Positions 30,211-44,284 of a stretch of DNA of 64,000 nucleotides are shown here, in pieces; positions within the stretch are counted from its first letter, which is position 1, and each line of letters starts with the position of its first letter. The notes below the pieces were generated by a model. That model did no database searches and was not told where the DNA came from. It saw only the letters and a program-made list of their open reading frames with translations. The DNA lies in the NCBI GenBank assembly GCA_963818545.1, contig CAWFSI010000005.1:2611-66610 (forward strand), written 5' to 3'. The stretch comes from an uncultured Solirubrobacterales bacterium. Its GTDB lineage: Bacteria > Actinomycetota > Thermoleophilia > Solirubrobacterales > Solirubrobacteraceae. The position numbers and the translations under genes are program-made.

Positions 30211-30830
30211 ATGGCAAGAGACACCGGCCCGCAGTGCAAGCAGTGCCGTCGCGAGGGACAGAAGCTGTTCCTCAAGGGCGAGCGCTGCCTGACCGACAAG
30301 TGCGGCGTCGAGCGCCGCGCCTATCCGCCGGGCGAGCACGGCCGTGGACGGCAGAAACAGAGCGAGTACCGCCTGCAGTTGCGCGAGAAGCAGAAGGCGC
30401 GGCGCTATTACGGCGTGCTGGAGAAGCAGTTCCACGGCTACTACGAAAAGGCCTCGCGCCAGCCCGGCATCACCGGCGAGAACCTGCTCGCGCTGCTGGA
30501 GTGTCGACTGGACAACGTGCTGGTACGGCTGGGCTTCGCCGCCTCGCGCCGCCAGGCACGGCAGCTGATCGCCACGGTCACTGGACGGTCAACGGCCGCC
30601 GGGTGAACATCCCCAGCTATCAGGTGCGCTCGGGCGAGGTGATCGCGATCAAGGCCGATACCGCGGCGACGCAGGTGGTCAGGGACGCGACCGAGCTGAC
30701 CGGACAGATTCCCGCGTGGCTACAGGCCGACCACGAGTCGCTCACGGCCAAGGTGCTGCGCAAGCCGGAGCGACGCGAGGTCGCCGCGCCGGTGCAGGAG
30801 CAGCTCATCGTCGAGCTGTACTCGAAGTAG
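30211..30830 (+). CDS. rpsD: 30S ribosomal protein uS4, four-Cys Zn type (indel near 30571)
   Basis: CKQCRRE..C..KC, LREKQK, RLDNV, IVELYSK. Confidence 0.96.
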
Positions 30831-30936
30831 TAAGAAGACTTTTGCCCCACGCCGGCGTCGCCTGAGGGTGGCGTAGGCGCTTCAGAGCCGGCGTCCAGCG
30901 ACGTCGGTGCGACACCAAAACGACGTTAGGACTCTG

Positions 30937-31913
30937 ATGCTCGATTTCCAAATCCCCCGGATCACAAGCGAGTCCGTGGAGCAGAACCGTGGCACGTTCA
31001 CGATTGAGCCGCTCGACCGCGGCTTCGGCTACACGTTCGGCAACTCGCTGCGCCGCGTGCTGCTGTCCTCACTGGCCGGCGCGGCCGTTACAAGCGTGCG
31101 CATCGAGGGCGTGGCGCACGAGTTCTCGACGATCACGGGCGTCAAGGAGGACGTTACGGACATCGTCCTGAATCTGAAGGGCATCGTCTGCCGGATGCAC
31201 TCCGACGCGACCGAGGTCGAGGCGCCGCTGGTGGTGACCGGGCCGGGAGAGATCACCGCGAAGGACATCGACCTGCCCGCGGGCGTCGAGATCCTCAACC
31301 CCGAGGTGCACATCGCGACGCTCGAGAAGAAAACGAAGCTCGAGCTGTACATGACGATCGGCCGCGGCCGCGGGTACCGCCCGGCCGAGGAGAACAAGTC
31401 CGCGGATCAGCCGATCGGGGTGATCCCGATCGACTCGATCTTCTCGCCGGTCAGGCGGGTGGCCTACGCGGTCGAGGGCGCGCGCGTCGGGCAGAAGACG
31501 GACTTCGACAAGCTCACGCTGGACATCGAGACCGACGGCTCGATCGACCCGCAGGCGGCGCTGCGCGAGGCGGCCGAGCTGCTGATCTCCCAGCTGGCGA
31601 TCTTCACCGACGCCGATCGCATCCAGGAGCTGCGGGCGGTGCCGGGGGGGCAGCTCGACGGCCATGGCCTCGCGGTCGGCGGCGGCGCGGCGGGCCGGGC
31701 CTGCAGGGCGAGGAGTGGAGCATCCTGATCGAGGAGCTCGAGCTCGGTGTGCGCTCGTACAACTGCCTGAAGCGGGCCGGGATCCAGACCGTGGGCGACC
31801 TGATCTCGAAGTCCGAGGCCGAGCTGAACGCGATCCCGAACTTCGGCAAAAAGTCGATCGACGAGGTCATCGAAACGCTCCATTCGCGCGGCCTGGACTT
31901 GCGTCAGGACTGA
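30937..31913 (+). CDS. rpoA: RNA polymerase alpha subunit (indel near 31700)
   Basis: [22 protein letters not shown]; alpha-[19 protein letters not shown]. Confidence 0.97.
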
Positions 31914-31926
31914 AACTCCCCGAACC

Positions 31927-32280
31927 ATGCGACACCAGAAGACGAAAAACAAGCTCAGCAGAAGCAGCGCGCACCGCAAGTCGCTGTTGATGAACCTGAG
32001 CAAGGAGATCATCGAGCACGAGCGGATCGAAACGACCCAGGCGAAGGCGAAGGCGGTCAAGCCCGAGATCGAGCAGCTGATCACGCTGGCAAAGCGCGGA
32101 GGGCTGCACGCGCGCAGGCAGGCGCTGTCGACGCTCGCACAGGACAAGTTCGCCGTGCACAAGCTGTTCGAGGAGGTCGCGCCCCGTTACGCGGAGCGGC
32201 CCGGGGGATATACGCGCATCCTGAAGCTCGGCCCGCGCAAAAGCGACTCGACCGAGATGGTCTTCATCGAGCTCGTCTAG
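31927..32280 (+). CDS. rplQ: 50S ribosomal protein bL17
   Basis: MRH.., IETTQAKAK, RPGGYTRILK. Confidence 0.98.
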   Translation: MRHQKTKNKLSRSSAHRKSLLMNLSKEIIEHERIETTQAKAKAVKPEIEQLITLAKRGGLHARRQALSTLAQDKFAVHKLFEEVAPRYAERPGGYTRILKLGPRKSDSTEMVFIELV

Positions 32281-32455
32281 CGGCCCGCTGGCACGGCGCC
32301 AGGCTGCGTCCTTACCGATCGTGGATCAATGTGATCCCCGATCGGCCAGCACACGTACCGAAGCCGGGAGACACTCGCTGCGCTCGCATCCCCGTTTCGG
32401 CCAGCACGCTACGCTCACTGCGTCCTTGCCTGGCTTGGCCATCGAGCGGCTAGAC
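32275..32455 (+). repeat. Dispersed structured repeat, copy 3 (expanded)
   Basis: Imperfect terminal IR GTCTAGCGGCCCGCTGGC/GCCATCGAGCGGCTAGAC; core at 32405-32438. Confidence 0.75.
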
Positions 32456-32464
32456 AGGTTGGTG

Positions 32465-33203
32465 ATGATCACCAAGCTCACGATCGAGTACGACGGAACC
32501 GACTTCGCCGGCTGGGCGCGCCAGCCCGGCGAGCGGAAGCGTGCAGGAGGAGTGCGAGCGGGCGCTGAGGACGGTGCTCGGCGAGACGGACCGCGACGGC
32601 GCGCCATTGAAGCTGACGGTCGCCGGGCGCACCGATCGCGGCGTGCACGCGTGGGCACAGGTCGCGAGCTACAGACACGAGGCGGTCGATCCACTGCGCT
32701 TGAACGGCCTGCTCGACGACGATGTCGCGATCCTCGCGGCTGAGCCGGTGCCGGCGACGTTCGATGCCCGGCGCGACGCGACGGGCAGGACCTACTGCTA
32801 CCGCGTGCTCGCCCGACGCAGCCGCGGCGTGTTCGAGCGTAAGCGCGCCTTCTGGTGGCCTGGGGCGATCGACCGCGAGGTGCTCGTGGAGTGCGCCGCG
32901 GCGCTGCAGGGCAAGCACGACTTCACGGCGTTCACGCCGAGCGAGACGGAGCACTCGTGGTTTCACTGCGACGTGCGGCGCGCGGAGTGGTCGGCGAAAG
33001 GGGATCTGCTGGAGTTCTGGATCGAGGCGGACATGTTCCTGAGGCACATGAATCGCGTGCTGGTCGGCACGATGCTCGACGTCGCGAGCGGACGGCGGAC
33101 GATGGATGAGTTCAAGGGCCTGCTCGAGGGCCGTCCGAGGGCCGAGGCCGGCAGGACCGCGCCGGCGCACGGCCTCGCGCTGGCAAGCGTGTCCTACGAG
33201 TAG
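32465..33203 (+). CDS. truA: tRNA pseudouridine(38-40) synthase (indel near 32538)
   Basis: IEYDGTDFAGW, AGRTDRGVHA, FLRHMNR, TAPAHGL. Confidence 0.95.
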
Positions 33204-34125
33204 ACGAGCAGCGAGGCGGGGTAACGCGGCGGCTACAGCGGGGGACCGAAGCGCGCCCTATGCTGGGGAAACAGATGCTGAAAGGTGCAGAAAAATGCTG
33301 AACGTGCTGCTGACAAACGACGACGGGATCGAGGCCGAGGGCCTGCAGGCGATGCGCACGGCGCTCGCCGCGGTGCAGGGCGTGCGCCTGGCGGTGATCG
33401 CGCCGGACGGCAACCGCTCGGCGATGGCCCGCTCGATCACGACGCGCAGGCCGTTGTGGGTGGAGGAGGTGCCGTTCGCGGCGGATGGGACGGTCGGCTA
33501 TGCGACCGACGGCACGCCGGTCGACTGTGTGCGGCTCGCGAGCCTCGGACTGGTCGAGGGGTTCACAACCGACCTGGTCGTGTCCGGGATCAACCACGGC
33601 GCGAACCTCGGCGATGACATCACCTACTCGGGCACGGTCGCGGCGGCGCTGGAGGGGGTGGTGCTGGGAATCCCGGCGATCGCGGTCTCCCAGCAGTCGA
33701 AGGCACGGGCGCTCGACTTCCGTTACGACGGCGGCTTCGGATTCGAGGTCGCGGCCGGGTTCGTAGCGGCCTTGGTGGAGCGGATCGAGGAGGTGCCGTT
33801 GCCGGCGAGCACGCTGCTGAACGTGAACGTGCCCGCCGGCACGCCCGAGGGGGTCGAGGTGACGAGCCTCGGCAAGCGGATCTACAGGGACGAGCTGAAA
33901 CTCCAGCACGAGGAGGATGGGCCGCCCGCGCGCAGGCGCTATTGGATCTACGGCTCGGACCCGGGCTTTCACGACGAGCCGGGCACCGACCTGGCAGCGG
34001 TGGCGGCCGGGCGGATCGCCGTGACACCGATCCATTTCGACCTGACCGACCGACCGGGCTTGGAGGCTCTCCGAAGCTTCGACCTGGAGGCGCTGCTAGC
34101 CCCGGTCGCCTGGCCTGCAAGCGCC

Positions 34126-36191
<2,066 letters not shown>

Positions 36192-36198
<7 letters not shown>

Positions 36199-37543
36199 TC
36201 GGCGACGGTGATCGTCATGTGGTCCTGGAAGACGTGCGCGGTCTCGGTCGGGATCCCGTCGGTGAAGATCGCGAACGCGAGCGTGTGCCCGTCGGCGGCG
36301 TTGCAGTAGCCGACGAGGTTGGAGACGCCCGTGAGCGTGCCGGTCTTGCCCTGACAGCGGCCGGCGGCGCCGGTGTCGCGCATCCGTTCGGCGAGCGTGC
36401 CGGTCTCCCCGGCCACGGCCATGCTGTCGCGCAGCACCGGGCCGATCGGGGTCGAGGCCAGCTCCACGAGCAGGTCGGCGACCTCGTAGGGCGAGGTTTT
36501 GTCGGCTTCGGAGAGGCCCGAGCCGTCGACGACGTGGGGGTGGATGCCGAGCAGCGAGCCGATCGTCGCACGCACGACCGCCGCGCCCGCCGACGTCGTC
36601 CCCGCGCCGCCGTAGAGCGCGCCGAGATCCTTGACGAGCGTCTCGGCGAAGAAGTTGTCCGACGGCGGCAGCATCAGGCCGAGCAGCTGGGTCACCGTGG
36701 GCGACTGCACCTGCGCGAGCTGGGTCGCCCCGGCCGGCGTGGTGGCCGCGCCGCTGTGCCCGGCGATGCTGACGCCGTCGCTCTTCAAGTCCGCCAGCAG
36801 CTCGTGGGCGGCGTAGGCGGCGGGCGCGTGCGGGGCGAGCAGGCTCTCCGAGCCCGGTCTCGCCGCGGTTGAACGCGAGCCCCGAGAGCGTTCCTTCGAG
36901 GAACGGGTCGGGTCGCGTAGTCGCTGGAGGGCTCGCCGCGGAGCGAGTCGAAGTAGGACTCGTCGCCGTAGACGGAGCCGGTGATGCGGTGGATGCCGTC
37001 GGTGTGCACGAGCTCGGTCACGAGCGAGGAGACCGACGCGCCGATGCCGTCGTAGTGCGAGCGGATGAACGCGCTGGAGCCGAACGTCGGGTCGCCGCCG
37101 CCGCGCAGGTACAGGTTGCCTTCCCACACGCCGCCGGGCGCGAGCCTGCCGACGCCGTACACGGTCGTGCTCAGCCGAGCGGTCGGACCCATGCGCTCCA
37201 GCGCGGTGGTCGCGGTGTAGAGCTTCTCCACCGAGGCCGGCGGGCGCAGCGTCGAGGCGCGCTCGGAGAACAGCGCCTGGTGGGTGGTGAGGTCGTACAC
37301 GTAGGCGCCGTCCGCCGGGCCGGCGAGCGCGAGCTGGTGGCTGAGGTCGGACTGCAGCCCGGCCAGATCGCCGGATGCGCTCGCCGCGGCGGGCGCGAGC
37401 AGGCAGGCGCCGAGGAGCACGAGCAGACCCGCGAGCAGCGTCAGGCGGGCCACGCTGGCCAGGTGGGGGATCCGGGTCAGGCGGGCGACCTTGGGCGGGC
37501 GGACGACATGGGGCGCAGACGCGAGCGTGGGCAGGCGGGCCAT
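36192..37543 (-). CDS. dacB: D-Ala-D-Ala carboxypeptidase/endopeptidase, peptidase S13 (PBP4); start uncertain
   Basis: PASVEK (SxxK), SDN, KTG motifs; hydrophobic signal region. Confidence 0.88.
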
Positions 37544-37643
37544 GCGGGGCAGCGACGCGAGCGGCGCCACGCGAGGCGCCGGGAGGCCGATGGCGAGTAG
37601 GGAAAGGGGTTTCCGGGGCAAGGAACCGTAAAATGAATCGAGC

Positions 37644-38986
37644 ATGGGCAAGGTTGTCAAGCTGGAACCTACGGCCAAGGCGCGAGTTGCGGCGCAGCGG
37701 GGCGCGGCGACGAAGAAAAAACGCGGGACCGCGGGCGCGTCGACCGACCCGCCGCCGCCGGCGCAGCCACAAGACGGCGCTCGTGCTGGGCGGTGGCGGC
37801 TTCACCGGGGGCGTGTACGAGATCGGCGCGCTGCGGGCGCTCGATCTGATGGCGACGAACAGCACGGTCAACCAGTTCGACGTCTATGTCGGGACCTCGG
37901 CGGGGTCGTTCATCGCCGCGCTGTGCGCCAACGGCGTGACCCCGGAGGAGATGATGCGCGTCGTCACCCACCAGGGGAAGGCGCCGTTCCGCGACGTCGA
38001 CCTCGGCGATCTGCTGCAGCTGAACCTGCTCGAGTTCGCGCGCACGGGCGCGACTGTTGCCGCTGCGGATGGTCTCGCTGGCGCGCCAGGTGGTGGGCCA
38101 GCGGGGCCAGGTGTCGGCGATGGACGTGCTGCTGGGGCTCGCGGAGGGACTGCCCTCGGGCGCGTATACGGGCGCCGGGATCGAGAAATACCTGCACAGC
38201 GTGCTGAGCGAGCCGGGCCGCAGCGACGAGTTCACAGAGCTGCGGCGCGAGCTGTACCTGACGGCCACCGATCTGGACACGTGCGAGCGGATCGTGTTCG
38301 GCGCGGAGGGCTACGACGACGTGCCGATCTCCACCGCGGTACGCGCCTCGGGGGCGCTGCCGATGGTGTACGCGCCGGTGCAGGTGAAGGGTCGCGAGCT
38401 GATCGACGGCGGCGTCGTGTCGACCACGAACCTGGACATCGCCGTCGAGGCGGGCGCGAAGCTGGTGGTGGTGATCAACCCGCTCGTGCCGTTCGTGAAC
38501 GACTTCGCCGGGCAGGTGCGGACGCTGCGCGGGACACGTCCGCGCCGGGTCTCGGACATGGGCTTCGCGCAGATCGGCTACCAGACGTTCAAGCTGCTCG
38601 CGCACCAGCGCCTGCACGAGATGGCCCAGCGCTGGGAGGAGCGCTATCCGGGCGTCGACATCGTGCTGATCGAGCCCGAGCCGACCGACGAACTGATGTT
38701 CCAGACATCGATGATGAACTTCACCTCGCGCGTGGAGATCGCGCGGCACGGGTTCGAGTCGGTGACGAAACACCTGGCGGGCGAATACGAGCACTACCGC
38801 GAGATCTGCGAGCGCCACGGGCATCGACATCTCGCGAGCAAGACGGCGTGAAGAAAGTGGTCGAGCACTTCGAGGTCGAGCAGCGAAGGAGGAGCGAGCG
38901 CCTGGCGGAAGATCCTCGAGAGGCACGACCGGCGCGCTGCTGCGCCAGGTCCAGGCATCGCGGCTCAGCGGCGACGCAGCGGCTAA
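37644..38986 (+). CDS. Patatin-like phospholipase (indels; 3' end approximate)
   Basis: LVLGGGG, GTSAG, LIDGG. Confidence 0.88.
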
Positions 38987-40122
38987 AGCAGCGCTTTGTC
39001 GAGCGCGCCGAGCAGGCGCTCGGAGCACGCTGCGTCACGCAGGCCGATCCGCACGTGACGGGGCTCGCCGAGCGCGTCGCCACCGGCCACGAGCACGCCG
39101 GCGCGCGCCAGGCGCGCGACCAGCTCGCCACCGTCGACGGACGGGTGGGCGACCCACAGGAAGTTGGCCTGGCTGTCGGCCACCTCGAAGTGGCGCTCGC
39201 GCAGGGCGGCGGTCAGCGCGACGCGCTCGGCGGAGATCAGGCGCACGCGCTCGGCCACCAGCTCCGAGCAGCTGCGCAGCGCCTCCAGCGCACCCGCCTG
39301 GGAGACCTCGGAGACGCCGAGGTCGGGCGCGAGCTCGGCGAGCAGCTCCTCCGAGCCGGGCGCGCCGAGCGCGTAGCCGATGCGCAGCCCCGCAAGGCCC
39401 CAGGCCTTGGAGAAGCTGCGAAAGACGAGCAGCCGCGGGTGGTCCTCGAGCAGTCCAGCGAGCTGTCGATGGGCTGTGCGTCGGCGAACTCGACGAGCGA
39501 CTCGTCGAGCAGCACGGCTACGCCCTCGGGCAGCCCGTCGAGCAGCCGCGGGAGCTCGGCTGGTGGACAGCAGCTCGCCGGTCGGGTCGTTGGGGCTGGC
39601 CAGCGCGATCACGCGGGTGTCGTCCTCGCCGGCGGCCTCCAGCAGCGCGTCGACGCCGCCGGTCACGGGCACGGCGCGGCCGTGGGCGCGGCGGGCCATG
39701 ATCGGATACAGGGGGTAGGAGGGCCAGGAGGTGATCAGCCGCTGGCCGGGCGCGATCAGCGCGCGCGTGGCGGAGCTGAGCAGCTCGGCGGCGCCGTTGC
39801 CGAGGATCAGGCGCCCGGAGTCGACGCCGTGGCGCGCGGCCAGCTCGTCGTGCAGCTGGGAGCCGCGCAGGTGCGGGTAGCGCTGCATGCCGCGCTGTGC
39901 GGTGAACGTGATCGCTGAGACGATGTGCGGATGGGCGAGCTCGGGCCAGGTGGTCTGCGAGAGGTCGAGCGTCTCCACGCGGGTGAGCGCCTTGCGCCGG
40001 CGCTCGGCGGCCTGCGCGCGCAGGCCGTGGTTGACCTCCTCCTCGGACATCCCTTCGAACTGGCGGTAGTAGTCGAGCAGGCCCATCTGCTCAACCGGTG
40101 GAGCGCTGCTCATCTCACCCAC
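38983..40122 (-). CDS. PLP-dependent aminotransferase class I/II, HisC-like
   Basis: GNGA, SPNDPTG, LLDE, FRSFSKAWGLAGLRIGY. Confidence 0.85.
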   Translation of the reverse strand: MGEMSSAPPVEQMGLLDYYRQFEGMSEEEVNHGLRAQAAERRRKALTRVETLDLSQTTWPELAHPHIVSAITFTAQRGMQRYPHLRGSQLHDELAARHGVDSGRLILGNGAAELLSSATRALIAPGQRLITSWPSYPLYPIMARRAHGRAVPVTGGVDALLEAAGEDDTRVIALASPNDPTGELLSTSRAPAAARRAARGRSRAARRVARRVRRRTAHRQLAGLLEDHPRLLVFRSFSKAWGLAGLRIGYALGAPGSEELLAELAPDLGVSEVSQAGALEALRSCSELVAERVRLISAERVALTAALRERHFEVADSQANFLWVAHPSVDGGELVARLARAGVLVAGGDALGEPRHVRIGLRDAACSERLLGALDKALL

Positions 40123-40603
40123 CGCTGCCGGTGCCGGAGCCGGAGAATTCGGCGCCCGGGCCGTGGATCACGACGAACCAGAACGTGAAGATCAACGCGC
40201 AGATCGCCGCGGTGGTCGCGAAGATCCGCCCGAGCGCGCCGCTGCGCTGGTCGTGGCCGGCGGCGCGGCGCACGAGGATCCAGGCCTGATCGAGACGGCG
40301 CAGGATCGCGAGCGCTCCGAACAGGAACGCGAACAGCCCGACGAACGAGACGAGGATGCCGATGGAGACGCTGCCCGAGAGGTAGTCGACCTGCGAGCCG
40401 ATCCACAGGCAGGCGAGCGGGATCGGCCCCCAGCAGAGCAGGCTGAGGACGATCATCGCGCCGAGCAGGATGCCGGCGAGCGAGCCGTCGAAGCGTTGGC
40501 GCAGCGCGCTGCCGCGCTCGGGCAGCGCGCGGAAGCGGACCGGGGCCGTGCCGGGCCGGCGCCCGACGAACAGGCCGCCGTTGTCGGATGGATCGCTGCG
40601 CAT
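40115..40603 (-). CDS. Hypothetical membrane protein, about 3 TM
   Basis: 162-aa ORF with hydrophobic segments between co-oriented genes. Confidence 0.7.
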   Translation of the reverse strand: MRSDPSDNGGLFVGRRPGTAPVRFRALPERGSALRQRFDGSLAGILLGAMIVLSLLCWGPIPLACLWIGSQVDYLSGSVSIGILVSFVGLFAFLFGALAILRRLDQAWILVRRAAGHDQRSGALGRIFATTAAICALIFTFWFVVIHGPGAEFSGSGTGSGG

Positions 40604-40640
40604 CTTTCCCTATGTTCGCAGCTATGTGGCCGTGAACCGG

Positions 40641-42509
40641 TCAGCCGGCGTAGAGCGCGTCGAACAGCGTCGGCGTACTGCTCGTTGACGACGTTGCGCT
40701 TGACCTTCAGCGTCGGCGTCAGCTCGCCGGTGGCCTGCGAGAGGTCGTGGTCGAGGATCGCGAACTTCTTGACCTGCTCGACCTGCGCGTATTTCTGATT
40801 CGCGCGGTCGATCTCCCGCTGGATCAGCGCGCGCACCTCCTCGGAGCGCGCGAGCGAGGGGATGTCCTGCGGCAGGTCGTGCTCGTGGGCGTAGGAGGGG
40901 ATCTCTTCCTCGTCGAGCGTGATCAGCACGACGGGGTAGGGGCGCTGGTCGCCGTGCATCACCGCCTGGGAGATCCAGCGGCACTGCTTGAGGTCGTTCT
41001 CGATGTTCGCGGGCGTCAGGTTCTTGCCGCCGGCGGTGATGATGATGTCCTTCTTGCGGCCCGGTGATCGAGAGGTAGCCGTCCGCGTCGAGCGAGCCGA
41101 GGTCGCCGGTGTGCATCCAGCCGTCCTCGACCGCGCCGAAGCTCTCTTCCGCGCGGTTGTGGTAGCCGGCGAAGATGTTCGGGCCTTTGATCAGGATCTC
41201 GCCGTCCTCGGCGATCTTCAGCTCGACTCCGGGCAGGGCACGGCCGACGGTGCCGAAGCGGTGGTTCTCGACCGTCGAGACGGTCGCCGCGGTGGCGGTC
41301 TCGGTCATGCCGTAGCCCTCGAGCACCGGCACGCCGCAGGCCCAGAAGAATTCGAGGATCTCTTTGGCGATCGGCGCGGCGCCGCTGGTCGCGTGGCGCA
41401 CGTTCCCGCCGAAGATCCCGCGGACGAGCTTGAACAGCTCGTCGTCGGCTTCGTCGAAGGGCTTCTGCAGCTCCGCGGGGACGGGTTCGCCGCGGTTGAT
41501 CATGTCGCGCACCTTCACGCCGAGCTTGATCGCCTCCTGGGCACGCTGGCGCTCCTCGGGCGGCTTGGCCTCGATCGCGCCGTGCGCGAGCGTGTAGATC
41601 TTCTCGAATACGCGCGGCACCGACGGCAGGTAGGTGGGTTTGACCTCCATCAGCTCGGGCACGATCTGCTTGGTGTCGCCGCCGAAGTAGGCGAGCGTGC
41701 CGCCGAGGTCGAAGACGGCGAGCTGGACCAGCAGCGCGAAGGAGTGAGCGAGCGGCAGGTACAGGTAGACGACCTCGTCGTCGGTGATCTCGCCGGCATC
41801 GCCGATCATGTCGACGATCGCCCGATAGTTGCCGTGGGTGAGCACGCAGCCCTTCGGTGGGCCGGTCGTGCCGGAGGTGTAGATGAACGTGTAGGGGTCC
41901 TCGGGGCGCACGGCCGCGCGGCGCGCGTCGAGCTCCTCGGAGGAGCGCGTGCGTCCGCGCTCGCGGACTTGCTCGAGCGTGATCGCCTGCAGCGCCTCGG
42001 CGGCGGACGAGGCGCCGTTGGCGGAGACCTTCTCGGATGAGGACCCATCCGCCGGATCGATCACGATCACGGTGCGCAGGTTCGGCAGCTGATCGCGGAT
42101 CGCGGCGATCTTCGCGAGCTGCTCCTCGTCCTCGCAGACGATCGCGCTGGCGCCGGAGTCGGAGATCACCCACAGGCACTCCTCGGGGGAGTTGGTCTGA
42201 TAGATCGGCACGACGACCGCGCCCGCGGCGGTTGCGCGCCAGGTCGGCGTAGGACCACTCGGGACGCGTGTTGGCGAGGATGCAGACGCGCTCGCCCGGC
42301 TCGATCCCGAGGTCGATCAGCCCGAGCCCGATCTCCTGCACGATCGTGGCGAGCTCCGCGTAGCTGACGTCGTGCCAGGCGCCGCCGCGCTTGAAGCGCA
42401 CGGCCGTGTGCTCCGCGTGCTCGGCGGCAGTGCGCGGGATCAGGTCGGCGATCGTGCTCGACCCCGTCGTGCTTGGTCCTGCGCTCGACACCGTGGCGGT
42501 GGCCTCCAT
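40641..42509 (-). CDS. Long-chain fatty-acid-CoA ligase, AMP-binding (indels)
   Basis: YTSGTTGPPKG, EGYGMTE, TGDLG, ELTPTLKVKR; SD AGGAGG. Confidence 0.92.
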
Positions 42510-42709
42510 AACGACTCTCCTCCTCCTTGATCAGGCTGAAGTAACGGATGGATCTTAGTCCTCATTGCGCTCTTTGTGCGATAACGGCGGTAAAGGATCT
42601 GTGCGGGTGGCCGGAAGGCGGCGAGAGCCGACGCCGCTGACTCCGACGCAGGCGAGGCGGAAGGCGGGCAGGACGGCGGGCGAGCGGTGTGGGATACTGG
42701 CAAGTGCGT

Positions 42710-42783
42710 CGGGGCGTGGCGCAGCCTGGTAGCGCGCACCGTTCGGGTCGGTGAGGTCCCGGGTTCGAATCCCGGCGCCCCGA
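42710..42783 (+). tRNA. tRNA-Pro, anticodon CGG; CCA not encoded
   Basis: Acceptor stem CGGGGCG/CGCCCCG, anticodon arm CACCG-TTCGGGT-CGGTG, T-loop TTCGAAT. Confidence 0.96.
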
Positions 42784-42790
42784 TAATAAA

Positions 42791-42814
42791 AAACCCCGCA
42801 TGTGCAGGGTTGTT
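42791..42814 (+). terminator. Possible terminator hairpin after the tRNA
   Basis: AACCCCGCA-TG-TGCAGGGTT with an A-run before and TTGTT after. Confidence 0.4.
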
Positions 42815-42863
42815 GATCTGGCAGCGCGAGGCAGCCCCGCGAGCGAGTAAAAAGAGGTTCTGA

Positions 42864-43362
42864 TCAGCAGTGCTCGTCGTCGGGATCCTCGACGACGGCA
42901 GCGGTGCAGTCGGCGACGGCTGAGGCGCAGTCCACGACGTGGCTCGTCGTCGCCTGCTGAAGCAGGCTGTAGAGAGTCTCGCGCTGCTCGGCGTCGAGCG
43001 CACCCAGCACCTCGTCCTCGGCGGCGGCGAGCGCGGCCTCAGCATCCGTCAGGCGCTGGCTCCGTCGCTCGGTCAGCTCGACGATGTGGCGGCGGCGGTC
43101 CTCGGTCGATCGGCGGCGCAGGATCAGCCCGTCGGCCTCGAGCTGGTTGAGCAGCCCGATCAGGTTGGTTCGATCGGTCTGCAGCGCGGCCGCGAGCGCC
43201 TGCTGTGTGGGGCTGCCGTGGTCGCGCAGAACCGTCAGCGCGACGAGGTGGCGCGGGCGCAGGCCGAGCGGCGCAAGCGCCGACTCGGCGCGCAGCCTAG
43301 TGAGGCGCGCGAGGTGGTCGAGCAACGCGGAGGAGCGATGGCGTGAGGCGGTCGTAACGATG
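42864..43362 (-). CDS. MarR-family regulator (start approximate)
   Basis: LRPRHLVAL, TQQALA, RRRSTEDRRRHIVELT. Confidence 0.88.
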
Positions 43363-43382
43363 ACTACAAGTGTAGAGCACTT

Positions 43383-43432
43383 GGCAACTCTGTTGTCTGC
43401 TACAACTGAGTTGTAAATAGCAAACGACTTGT
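43383..43432. promoter_or_regulatory. AT-rich divergent promoter with palindromic operator array
   Basis: GTTGT-ctgct-ACAAC 43392-43406; TACAACT-g-AGTTGTA 43401-43415. Confidence 0.6.
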
Positions 43433-43445
43433 AAAGGACGACAAC

Positions 43446-44088
43446 ATGGCTCATCTTCTTCAGATCGACTCGAGCGTCCAGGGCGAGCTGTCTGTCAGCC
43501 GCGCGCTCACGGCACGCGCCGCGAAGGTATGGCTCGCGGCCAATCCGGGCGGCACGGTCACCTATCGCGACCTCGGCGCCGAGCCGTTGCCGCACTTCAC
43601 CAGCGAGACGGGCCGCGCGCGGATGGTGCCGGCGCAGGAGCGCACGCCGGCCGAGGTCGCCTCGTGGGAGCTGACCGAGCAGGTCGTGGGAGAGGTGCTC
43701 GAGGCGGACACGATCGTGCTTCGGCCTGCCGATCTACAACTTCGGCCCTCCGAGCAGCGTGAAGTCGTGGGTCGACCATCTGATCGCGCCGGGGCTCTCG
43801 ATCGACGCCGCAACCCATGCCGGGCTGCTCGGCGGTCGCGACATGCTCGTGCTGGCATCCAAAGGCGGGGGCTACCAACCGGGCACGCCGCGCGAGGGCT
43901 GGGACCACGCCGAGCCATGGCTACCGCACGGACTGAGCTTGACGGGCCTTGAGCCGCGCTTCATCACCGCCGAACTGACGCTCGCCAACACCAATCCACA
44001 GATGGCCGAGCTGAAGCCGCTCGCGGCCGAGAGCCTCGCGGCAGCCGAGCGCGAGATCGACGCGCAGTGGGCGTCCGTCGCCGCGTAG
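43446..44088 (+). CDS. FMN-dependent NADH-azoreductase, AzoR/AcpD-like (indel near 43722)
   Basis: LLQIDSS..SVSRAL, PIYNF, KSWVDH, SKGGGY. Confidence 0.88.
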
Positions 44089-44284
44089 GCCGGGAGGAGT
44101 CCGCCGGCGTAGTGATTGGTTATCGGTGCCCGGTTGCGTGCGCCAAGCGCGATGCGCCTGGTTACAGGTGACCATGTGCGTCGTGGTGCAGTTTCAGCCG
44201 CCGACGGTTCGTGCCGATATTGATTCGGTGATTTCCCGGCTCGAGCGGTCGTCTGCGCGCTTCCCTGCGGCGACCCGGTGGGGC

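Noticed and set aside
30907-30925. GTGCGACACCAAAACGACG before rpoA resembles the rplQ start ATGCGACACCAGAAGACG
   Set aside because: Only 10 nt are identical and there is no supporting structure; chance cannot be excluded.
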